The notes beneath the pieces were generated by a model, which was given only the letters and a program-made list of their open reading frames with translations, searched no databases and was not told where the DNA came from. Below are positions 26,094 to 33,736 of a stretch of 64,000 bases of DNA, one piece after another; within the stretch, counting starts at the first letter, position 1, and the number at the start of each line of letters is the position of its first letter. The position numbers and the translations under genes are program-made. This DNA is from Escherichia coli (lineage in GTDB: Bacteria > Pseudomonadota > Gammaproteobacteria > Enterobacterales > Enterobacteriaceae). Location of the stretch: assembly GCA_009729775.1 (NCBI GenBank), contig GCA_009729775.1_4081.1; one strand, given 5' to 3'.

Positions 26094-26456
26094 TTATTCG
26101 TAAATCTTTCCACTATCAGCCCATACCAGGAAACGAGGCATATTATCCCATGCATCTTGTTTTAAATTTAAACCGTGTAATACTTCTGTACTTTCCATTC
26201 CTGGTACTGGTTTACTATACACCGCGAACATTTCGCCCATGTACTGATAAGCCATCGTTAAATCACTGGCGATCATCTTATGAATCATCGCATCAAGCAT
26301 CACGGTAGCGGCGTATTGTTCACGCTTAAGCGGTAACATTGCAATAAGTTCCCGATAAGCTGAAATGTGAATTTTTACCGTTTCAGCCGGAAGATCTTTC
26401 ATCTCTTCACGGAAGTTAACCAGGTTAGCAATAATTTTAGTGATTTGAGTAGCCAT
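26094..26456 (-). CDS. hypothetical protein (120 aa)
   Basis: Start adjusted to MATQITKIIANLV...; AGAGAG RBS. Confidence 0.6.
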   Translation of the reverse strand: MATQITKIIANLVNFREEMKDLPAETVKIHISAYRELIAMLPLKREQYAATVMLDAMIHKMIASDLTMAYQYMGEMFAVYSKPVPGMESTEVLHGLNLKQDAWDNMPRFLVWADSGKIYE

Positions 26457-26762
26457 CGTTTTAATCTCTCTTAAAGTGTAGCGGGAAGTGTTCCCGCTCT
26501 CGATGTAAAACATTATACGCCTATCGGGATAGTATGCAAGTACTTTCTACTAATACTTTTAAAATAGTTTTCTTTCTATATAGGAGTACTATCATTCAGT
26601 ACTGAATCAACCAAATCACTACTATACCCCATAAAACGGCCTCAGCCGCTTTCTAACGCATTAATACACCTAAGCTATACATTTGCACCGCCACCAGCTA
26701 ACCAGGGCTTTATAGGCCGTTTAAGGGCGTTAAATTATTTTCAATTATTTTGTTTTTAGCTA

Positions 26763-26790
26763 TTGACTCAGTACAAAAAAAGCGTATAAT
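26763..26790 (+). promoter_or_regulatory. plus-strand sigma70-type promoter in non-coding hub
   Basis: TTGACT-N16-TATAAT; no ORF downstream. Confidence 0.45.
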
Positions 26791-26977
26791 TACTACATAG
26801 ACGCGAGAAAGCGGATACCCCAGGGGGTGGGAAGATCCGTCCAAAATTCATATAATTTAAAAAGGATACACTCCCGCACCTTAGCAGGTCATAGCACTTT
26901 CTCAGTACTGAATCATAGTACCATAGTACGCCCCTGGATGGCAAGCAAATTAATTAAAACTTTTTACATCCAGGGTA

Positions 26978-27005
26978 TTGCTTTATTTTTCCAGTACTGT
27001 ATAAT
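26978..27005 (+). promoter_or_regulatory. plus-strand promoter-like element in non-coding hub
   Basis: TTGCTT-N16-TATAAT followed by motif copy 8. Confidence 0.35.
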
Positions 27006-27029
27006 AGTTTCATCAAGTCGAGAAAGACT

Positions 27030-27057
27030 CAAGCCCACCGGGTGCATAGTTGTATCT
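27030..27057 (-). repeat. conserved 28-bp intergenic motif (copy 8, inverted orientation)
   Basis: Plus strand reads CAAGCCCACCGGGTGCATAGTTGTATCT. Confidence 0.65.
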
Positions 27058-27102
27058 AAAATTCAGTACTGAATTATTTTTTAAAAATATCCATCCAGGC
27101 GG

Positions 27103-27131
27103 TTGACATATCCATCAAAAAGATAGATAAT
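27103..27131 (+). promoter_or_regulatory. plus-strand sigma70-type promoter reading into the iteron block
   Basis: TTGACA-N17-GATAAT; followed by GGGGAAACCATCCCC hairpin. Confidence 0.45.
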
Positions 27132-27224
27132 GATTCCAGATTCAGAAAAATCTAACTCCAGATACTGCGGGGAAACCATCCCCACGCGGTAGGGGAACTA
27201 TTGGAAAAAACAAAATAAAAATTT

Positions 27225-27400
27225 TGATTTAGCCGTCTGTACTTCCAGACGTGTAACCATCTAGCCGTTTAGCCGTCCAAACGTCTAGCCATCCAGCCGC
27301 CTAGAGGGATAGCCATCTTTACTTCCAGACTTCTGGAGGGCTAGACATATCTACGTCCAAAATCCACCCAGGGTAACTACGCCCAAAATCCGTCAGTACT
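27225..27400. repeat. iteron-like cluster of short direct repeats
   Basis: TAGCCGT/TAGCCAT repeated at least 5 times, ACTTCCAGAC twice, CCAAAATCC twice, within about 180 bp of non-coding DNA. Confidence 0.6.
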
Positions 27401-27942
27401 ATACTATAGATCTATCTTTTGAAAGGGAGTATTCAGTACTGCCACAATAGCCCTCACTGTTACTGTAGGAGGATGAAGACTATCATGTAGTACTGAATAC
27501 TGTTAGAGGGAATCCACCAGCTTGTGCTGGTGGCATAATGCATTAGATTAAAATCAGTACTGACACCATTCTGTTAATATCAGTACTGTTTATATTACGA
27601 AAAAAGAGGTTATAAAAAGATGTACCACCCATAGGAGGAACTATCCTTTCAGTACTGTCTCACGACAGGAGGTAGAGTGAATGAATTGTTTGCGGCAACT
27701 CATCTCTCTATGTAGAACATTATACAGTACTGAATCATAATGTCAATAGCTTTCTTTCATTATTCAGTACTGAAATCGTATAATCTGTATCGCTACAAAA
27801 CTCATTATATCCCACAAATCCTATATGTCCCAACGTAAATTTCAACTTTCGAAGATCCAACTTTTATTTCATAGGTACTCCAAATTTTTTACGATCCAGA
27901 TTTAGGATGGAGTACTAACCAACTTTTTGCTGGAGCCTCAAG

Positions 27943-27990
27943 GGGTAATTGAATTTTACCCCGAATGGTAAAGGGGTAATTGAAATTAAG
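27943..27990. repeat. GGGGTAATTGAA direct repeat with embedded hairpin
   Basis: GGGGTAATTGAATTTTACCCC inverted repeat followed by a second GGGGTAATTGAA. Confidence 0.5.
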
Positions 27991-28009
27991 GTGAAAGTAA
28001 TAATTCAGT

Positions 28010-28260
28010 ACTAATCATTGCGTGATTACTTTTGATTACATTTGATGTAATTTGCAAAATGGAAAAGGAGCTTGGAAACTACAAAGTACGGCAGACTTCC
28101 TCTGCCTACTTAGTGGCATATCAGTACTGCTACGTTCTTGATTAAACGTGAACATTCCTGTACTCTAGTACTCACTACTGATCACTACAGTGATTATAAA
28201 TGATTACTTAAATGTTTATATATGATTACTTATGACTACCTATGATTACGGGGTTTAGCC
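28010..28260. repeat. cluster of TGATTAC heptamer repeats
   Basis: At least 7 copies of TGATTAC (or TGACTAC) in about 250 bp of non-coding DNA. Confidence 0.55.
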
Positions 28261-28363
28261 TGGGGAGAATCCTAGTGATCGCATTTGTCCAGGCTGAATT
28301 TTAACAATTCGCCTGTACATAAAGGTTGTTCACTAGGAGCTTCCCCTGTCTACTTGTGTTTAA

Positions 28364-28555
28364 TTACTTCCTATATATAAGCATTAAGATATAGTAGTAC
28401 TGATTATACTGTACATTCTCTTTAATATTATAAGGGTCTATCGCAATCTCGGTACATCTGTTAAATGCATATCTATTAAATGCCAGTGGAATTATAGATC
28501 TAATCCATACTTGTTCATTTTCTTTTAGTTTACTTATATAGAAGTTTTTATACAT
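28364..28555 (-). CDS. family-C small paralog (63 aa)
   Basis: One of about 10 tandem about 65-aa ORFs; MYKNFY start, C-terminal LIYRK. Confidence 0.5.
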   Translation of the reverse strand: MYKNFYISKLKENEQVWIRSIIPLAFNRYAFNRCTEIAIDPYNIKENVQYNQYYYILMLIYRK

Positions 28556-28570
28556 AGTATTCTCTATTAA

Positions 28571-28753
28571 TTAATATGATAGTACTAGTGTTAGTACTGA
28601 GCACAATTGTTCTTTATAGTTCTTAGGGTATATAGAATCTTTTATGCACTCATTGAAGTGCCATAGGTATAATCTTGGGTCGCATTCTTTATATATTCTT
28701 ACGGGGACGAATGTTAGTTTTCGTATATAGAATTCTTTATGTTCTTTATTCAT
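28571..28753 (-). CDS. family-C small paralog (about 60 aa)
   Basis: Start adjusted to MNKEHKEFY... Confidence 0.5.
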   Translation of the reverse strand: MNKEHKEFYIRKLTFVPVRIYKECDPRLYLWHFNECIKDSIYPKNYKEQLCSVLTLVLSY

Positions 28754-28754
28754 A

Positions 28755-28943
28755 TTAGTACCTGAATATAAGTAGGATAGTGTTATATAGCTGGTCATAT
28801 GTACTACTATTTTCTATACTTCGTTCTATGCAGTTATTGAATCCCAGTACTGCCAAATCGTTATCCAGGGGGACTTTGTATCTGGCGTAGTGTTCAAAAA
28901 TGCTGGGGAGAAATTGTTTGTAGTATTCTTTGTGGTTATTCAT
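28755..28943 (-). CDS. family-C small paralog (62 aa)
   Basis: MNNHKEYY start. Confidence 0.55.
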   Translation of the reverse strand: MNNHKEYYKQFLPSIFEHYARYKVPLDNDLAVLGFNNCIERSIENSSTYDQLYNTILLIFRY

Positions 28944-28944
28944 A

Positions 28945-29127
28945 TTAGTACCTGAATGTTAGCATTACTACGTAGTACAGCATATATGGATTATCATCGT
29001 ATATGAGCGTGTACTTAGTACATTGTTGGAACATTATCTTTGCGTGATCTTTTATTCCTATTGGTTCTGTTGGTATATGGTGCTGGAGATGCATAGGGAT
29101 TTTATCCCTGTAGTATTCTTTATGCAT
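28945..29127 (-). CDS. family-C small paralog (about 60 aa)
   Basis: Start adjusted to MHKEYYRDK... Confidence 0.5.
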   Translation of the reverse strand: MHKEYYRDKIPMHLQHHIPTEPIGIKDHAKIMFQQCTKYTLIYDDNPYMLYYVVMLTFRY

Positions 29128-29779
29128 AGTTTGTAATATACGTAATGAGGTGATGCATTTTCTTATTAGTACTGATAAGTTCCTGTACATGTTTTGTTAG
29201 TTTGTACGCGTTTTTATAGAGTCCTGGATTATCGATTACAGTACTGTACATGAATTCTTCTTCTGGTGTTAATTCTTTGTTTTGTAGTTCTTTTAGGAAT
29301 TGCAGTACTGTATCAGTTTCGTTAGTACGTTGCTTTTGGAAGAAGTGCATGTTATCGTGTATTTTTTCTGAACCCATGCAGTACATATCGCCGATTTGGA
29401 ATTGTGCAGTACTGATATCATGGGTGCTATTACAATTCCCGAAGAAGTATACATTCCCGAAAGATAGAATTATAGTGCACGGGATATTATCCATGTGTAT
29501 ATAGATAGATGCATTCTTTAGTGCTTTTGTGCTGGTATTAGTACTCAATACTTTTAAATCAGTATTATAGATATTAATAAAAGCAAGAGCTATATTATTT
29601 TTCTTCAAGTACGATTTGAGGTTCTTAGATACGAGAACATTTCTGGATTTTTTCTTTTTATTTCGTTTCTTTAGTACATTTGGGTGATACATATATGCAG
29701 ATGTAATAGATTCTGCTTGAATACTGTTGAGGTACTTAAAGTGCTTAAGGTATTGTTTGCTGTGTGCATTAAGTTTCAT
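29120..29779 (-). CDS. hypothetical protein (219 aa) embedded in family-C array
   Basis: ORF track; no recognisable motif. Confidence 0.55.
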   Translation of the reverse strand: MKLNAHSKQYLKHFKYLNSIQAESITSAYMYHPNVLKKRNKKKKSRNVLVSKNLKSYLKKNNIALAFINIYNTDLKVLSTNTSTKALKNASIYIHMDNIPCTIILSFGNVYFFGNCNSTHDISTAQFQIGDMYCMGSEKIHDNMHFFQKQRTNETDTVLQFLKELQNKELTPEEEFMYSTVIDNPGLYKNAYKLTKHVQELISTNKKMHHLITYITNYA

Positions 29780-29977
29780 TTGGTTTCCTTTATACAGATG
29801 CCAGGGCGAGGATTTCCCTGTAGGGATTATCTTGTGTTAGTACAGCATAAATGCAGCTATTGAGATTAATATTTTTAGTACTTTTTGTTCCTAGGTTGTA
29901 GTACTTCACGAAGGTGTCGTACATGAAACGGTCGTTAATGCTTATTCTTTCTATATAGTATTCTTGCATAGTGTACC

Positions 29978-30160
29978 TTAAATAGCGATTAGTTTCATTA
30001 CTTCTCTGTATGTATACTTTTCGTTTTGTGCATCTCTTGTGACGACATATAGGAAGGTGTGTTTATCTTTTTTGTTCCCGCAATTGTAGAAAATATTGAA
30101 CTTATTGAAGTTGAATCTTTCGGCGTGTTGTAGTTTAGTTAAATAGAATTCTATGTTCAT
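29978..30160 (-). CDS. family-C small paralog (60 aa)
   Basis: MNIEFY start; KYTYREVMKLIAI C-terminus like 30169-30354. Confidence 0.5.
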   Translation of the reverse strand: MNIEFYLTKLQHAERFNFNKFNIFYNCGNKKDKHTFLYVVTRDAQNEKYTYREVMKLIAI

Positions 30161-30168
30161 TTTATTCC

Positions 30169-30354
30169 TTACATTTCAATAAGTTTCAGTACTGCTCGGT
30201 ACGTGTACTTAGTTGTCAGTGCTTCTTTAATAGAAATACAGAAGTAATGTTGTTTGTCTCTTATACTGCCGCGTTTGTAGTACCACACATGGGAGTTGTG
30301 ACTGTACTTGTCTCTGTCGGATAGTTGTTGGTAGTAGTAGCTTATATGATTCAT
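30169..30354 (-). CDS. family-C small paralog (61 aa)
   Basis: KYTYRAVLKLIEM C-terminus. Confidence 0.5.
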   Translation of the reverse strand: MNHISYYYQQLSDRDKYSHNSHVWYYKRGSIRDKQHYFCISIKEALTTKYTYRAVLKLIEM

Positions 30355-30406
30355 TGTAATGCAATTATCCTTACTATATTAAAGTACTCGATCCTTGGTG
30401 TACTTT

Positions 30407-30601
30407 TTAGAACTTAAAGATGAGGTTCAGGATAGAGCGGTACTTAGTTGCAGGGAACGTATGTTCTATTGCATCACGTGTCTCCATCCTGAAATCGTAA
30501 TTGTAATATAGATTATTCTTTCTCATAGGTCGTGCTAAAGAGAATGATAGCTGTTCTTGCTTGTGTAGTTTACTACAATAGAAATCTTTATGATTATTCA
30601 T
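30407..30601 (-). CDS. family-C small paralog (64 aa)
   Basis: MNNHKDFY start. Confidence 0.55.
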   Translation of the reverse strand: MNNHKDFYCSKLHKQEQLSFSLARPMRKNNLYYNYDFRMETRDAIEHTFPATKYRSILNLIFKF

Positions 30602-30803
30602 AGAAGTAGATTAGTCCTATTAAACCTGAGTACATAATATTTTTGTTATTGCATTCGATTGCTTCTAGAGTACTACGTATACAATTATTAAAGCAATCTC
30701 TACCGAAGTGAGTATTGGTACTTACAGGTGATACACTCCTTAGAAACAATTGTTCTTCGTTGCTAAGGTATTTGGTGTAGAATTCTTTATGTTCAGTATT
30801 CAT
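30594..30803 (-). CDS. family-C small paralog (69 aa)
   Basis: MNTEHKEFY start. Confidence 0.55.
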   Translation of the reverse strand: MNTEHKEFYTKYLSNEEQLFLRSVSPVSTNTHFGRDCFNNCIRSTLEAIECNNKNIMYSGLIGLIYFYE

Positions 30804-30804
30804 A

Positions 30805-31008
30805 TTAGTGCTCGATTAATAGGGTCAGGATATAATAGTATTGCATACTTTCTGCCCCTTGTAAAGCATTTCTTATTTTATTATTCCTGTACGAGTTCAG
30901 GAGTTTAGGACAACGTTTGTAGTCTATAAAAGTATTTTGTGTATACAGTAGGCTTTCTCGTAGACCTTTTGTTGGTAGTGCATCGATGTAGTACTGTTCA
31001 ATGTTCAT
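30805..31008 (-). CDS. family-C small paralog (67 aa)
   Basis: MNIEQYY start. Confidence 0.5.
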   Translation of the reverse strand: MNIEQYYIDALPTKGLRESLLYTQNTFIDYKRCPKLLNSYRNNKIRNALQGAESMQYYYILTLLIEH

Positions 31009-31232
31009 ATAGATAGCAGTACTAAGATTTTTGATAATTGTTTATTGCTATCCCCGCAGATGTTGCTGTGTAAAATACTCACAATGAGGGTATCAATTGC
31101 ATTGTTCATCATAAGGGTGCATCCTGGACTATTATAATTTTTTAGCTCAATTAGCCACGAACTATCCGCGAGAAATTCCCCGTACTCTAGTTCATTTAGA
31201 GTATTGAGGTAGTACTTAAGAGTATTTGTCAT
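31005..31232 (-). CDS. family-C-like small protein (75 aa)
   Basis: ORF track; first gene of the minus-strand array, divergent from the RCC1 block. Confidence 0.5.
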   Translation of the reverse strand: MTNTLKYYLNTLNELEYGEFLADSSWLIELKNYNSPGCTLMMNNAIDTLIVSILHSNICGDSNKQLSKILVLLSI

Positions 31233-31334
31233 GTGTAGTTCTCCTTATATTCCTTCTATAGTACACCAGTACTGAAAGGATGTCAAGGGTTTTCTTTATG
31301 GGGTAAATATGATATAATGAATAAGGAGGGATTT

Positions 31335-32483
31335 ATGTTACCTTTTGCAAGAATGATGAATTACGGGAATATTGCCCCTGGTGATGATGGACGTTTTAAA
31401 ATATATTCCAGTGATTCCATGTATCTTCATGATACTTATACTGATAAGTTGTATGCATCTTCTGCGACGAATTGGGGTACTGGAACAGGTGTAGCATCGA
31501 GTAAATTTATTCTTTGTGCGGAGAATGTTAAACGAGTTCTATTGGAAGATAACAGTAGTGATTGTCAATTGTACGAAGAGAAAGGTACGGGAAAAGTTTT
31601 TATCACTGGCAACACGAAGGCATTCACTGGTGTAACTGATAGAAAAACTTTGTGGACGGAATGTACTACGTGGATAACATCAGGTGGTATTAATGTTTCT
31701 GATATAAAATACATGAGTAGTTTTAATGATATGAAGGTAAATTTGATAACAAACGATGGTACATTGTATTGTTGTGGAGCTAACAATAACTCTAACCTAT
31801 CATCATTTGGTGATGGTACAAACATTAATTCTTTTAACACATTCAAAAGGGTAGATACTATAACTTCGGTTAAAAAGGCAGTTGGTAACATATACCTAAA
31901 AGAAGATAATACTTTATGGGGTTGTGGTTTTAACTATTACTATCAGTTAGGTACAGGCAATCAAACTTCTATTACTGGGGTGACGATGATTGCTTCGGAT
32001 GTTATAGATTTTGATGTAAGTTATCAGAGTACATTTTTTATTAAATCAGATAATAATTTGTACGCATGTGGTAAACAGTTCGGTGCACAATACGGGAACG
32101 AATTTGGCACAGGTGGTACTTCTTCATCTACAGATATACAATACAAAACTCCAACATTATTGAGTTCAGGAGTTTATACTTTATATACTTGTGTTAGTAA
32201 CATGGCATCTCATATTGTCAAAAAAGATGAAGTTATGTATGCATCTGGTTCGAATGGGTTTGGTCAATTAGGTGTTGGTAATAATATTAATCAGTACTCC
32301 TATACTCCTTCGTATACTTCTTTTAATAGTTCGTGTGATTTGGTACGCAGTCCATCTGGATCACTTATACTTACGGATACTGGAAAATTATATTATTGTG
32401 GCCCTGCAATATTAGTAATGGGGGGAATTGCTGGACAAAACATTCTTAGTTATACAGAAGTAGATATGTCATTTATACAATGA
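31335..32483 (+). CDS. RCC1-like beta-propeller repeat protein, paralog 1 (382 aa)
   Basis: Start at MLPFARM with AAGGAGGG RBS; repeated G-x-N-x-x-GQLG-x-G type motifs. Confidence 0.75.
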   Translation: MLPFARMMNYGNIAPGDDGRFKIYSSDSMYLHDTYTDKLYASSATNWGTGTGVASSKFILCAENVKRVLLEDNSSDCQLYEEKGTGKVFITGNTKAFTGVTDRKTLWTECTTWITSGGINVSDIKYMSSFNDMKVNLITNDGTLYCCGANNNSNLSSFGDGTNINSFNTFKRVDTITSVKKAVGNIYLKEDNTLWGCGFNYYYQLGTGNQTSITGVTMIASDVIDFDVSYQSTFFIKSDNNLYACGKQFGAQYGNEFGTGGTSSSTDIQYKTPTLLSSGVYTLYTCVSNMASHIVKKDEVMYASGSNGFGQLGVGNNINQYSYTPSYTSFNSSCDLVRSPSGSLILTDTGKLYYCGPAILVMGGIAGQNILSYTEVDMSFIQ

Positions 32484-32491
32484 ATTAATAT

Positions 32492-32520
32492 GCCAGTACT
32501 TGATACTGGCTTTTCTTATT
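32492..32520 (+). terminator. rho-independent terminator of RCC1 cassette
   Basis: GCCAGTActtgaTACTGGC hairpin followed by T-run; repeated after every paralog. Confidence 0.7.
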
Positions 32521-32533
32521 GTATTAAATATAG

Positions 32534-32556
32534 TATAATGAATAAAGGAGGGAATT
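32534..32556 (+). promoter_or_regulatory. conserved cassette promoter/RBS (TATTAAATATAGTATAATGAATAAAGGAGG)
   Basis: TATAAT box and AAGGAGG RBS conserved upstream of each RCC1-like gene; promoter class not resolved. Confidence 0.5.
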
Positions 32557-33666
32557 ATGTTACCTTTTGCAAGGATGGTTAAGTACGGAAATATTGTACC
32601 TGGTCCTAAAAATATAATTAAAGTTGGTGCTTCTACACAAGGACAATTCTTATTGACTGATTCACATGATTTATATTACATAGGTAGAAATCAAGGTGGT
32701 GAATCTGGAAATGGTAATACCAACACGGTATCTTCATGGATATTAGTAAGTGCAGATGTTTCTAATTTTTTCGTGGGTGATCGTACACTTGTTATTATTA
32801 AAAATGATAATACGATATGGACATCAGGTCAAACGTACTGGTTCTCATCTTCTACAACTACTTCTTACAGTACTGTATTAGTTGAAAGAACTAATTGGTT
32901 TACCAATGCTATACCAGTAAGTGAAATTGCTAATATTGTATGTACAAATGGTTTAATATTTGTACTTAGCACTAATTCAGTACTCTATGGTGCAGGAGAT
33001 AATGGATATCGTGGTTCTTTGGGTATTGGTTCCTCATCAATTTACACATTAACTCAATGTGCTACGAACGTTCGTAAAGTAATGACCAATGCGAATGATA
33101 GTATGTATCTTACATTAGATAATAAGCTATATAGTTCTGGATGGAATAGTAGTGGGCAGCATGGTACGGGGAACCAAACACAAATTAACACTTGGGGATT
33201 GCGTAGTTCTGGTGTAATCGATGCAGCCATTGGTGGTAATGCATTAAATTACTATAATGGTACATCATATTTCGTATGTGGTCAAACTCCAAACTTTCTT
33301 AGTTCAGGTACGACTACATTCCGTGCAGTTCCTGTAAGTACCTTGCCTAATAGTTCTCCATTGTTTATGACGAATTCACCTGCCTTAAATACTGCTACAC
33401 AAATGGTAATTACTAGTACATATCAGAAGGGTGTTGGGGCGAACCGTGGTTTGGGATTAAACAATTCCCAAACTGGTGCTATATATAGTGCTACCAATTT
33501 ACAATTACCCGTTGAAGTTAGTGAGATTAGGGATGTTCTTTTTAGTGATGGTTTGACATCGTTATTAACCAAAAATGGAGATGTGTATAGTACTGGATCG
33601 TATTACGCCATTCCAGGTGCAATCGAGGATGTTGCAGTCTTTACTAAAATTGATTTACCAAAATAA
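32557..33666 (+). CDS. RCC1-like beta-propeller repeat protein, paralog 2 (369 aa)
   Basis: MLPFARMVKYGNIVP start; SGWNSSGQHGTGN and similar repeats. Confidence 0.75.
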   Translation: MLPFARMVKYGNIVPGPKNIIKVGASTQGQFLLTDSHDLYYIGRNQGGESGNGNTNTVSSWILVSADVSNFFVGDRTLVIIKNDNTIWTSGQTYWFSSSTTTSYSTVLVERTNWFTNAIPVSEIANIVCTNGLIFVLSTNSVLYGAGDNGYRGSLGIGSSSIYTLTQCATNVRKVMTNANDSMYLTLDNKLYSSGWNSSGQHGTGNQTQINTWGLRSSGVIDAAIGGNALNYYNGTSYFVCGQTPNFLSSGTTTFRAVPVSTLPNSSPLFMTNSPALNTATQMVITSTYQKGVGANRGLGLNNSQTGAIYSATNLQLPVEVSEIRDVLFSDGLTSLLTKNGDVYSTGSYYAIPGAIEDVAVFTKIDLPK

Positions 33667-33673
33667 CATAATG

Positions 33674-33704
33674 CCAGTACTTGATACTGGCTTTTATTTT
33701 TTGA
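33674..33704 (+). terminator. rho-independent terminator of RCC1 cassette
   Basis: GCCAGTACTTGATACTGGC plus T-run. Confidence 0.7.
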
Positions 33705-33736
33705 TTAAATATAGTATAATGAATAAAGGAGGAATT

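Noticed and set aside
26827-27072. 81-aa plus-strand ORF in the non-coding hub
   Set aside because: It spans promoter and motif sequences, has no RBS and begins inside a promoter-like element; more likely non-coding.
27225-27400. CRISPR array
   Set aside because: Repeats are 7-10 bp, irregularly spaced and not separated by unique spacers of uniform length; no cas genes.
26520-28360. tRNA or other structured RNA genes in the non-coding hub
   Set aside because: No GGTTCGAATCC-type T-loop or D-loop consensus and no cloverleaf-compatible segment was found by eye; cannot exclude non-canonical RNAs without a covariance-model search.
32521-32556. Interpreting the RCC1 cassette element TATTAAATATAG as a canonical T4 late promoter (TATAAATA)
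   Set aside because: The sequence is similar but not identical to the late consensus and also contains a sigma70-like TATAAT; promoter class left open.
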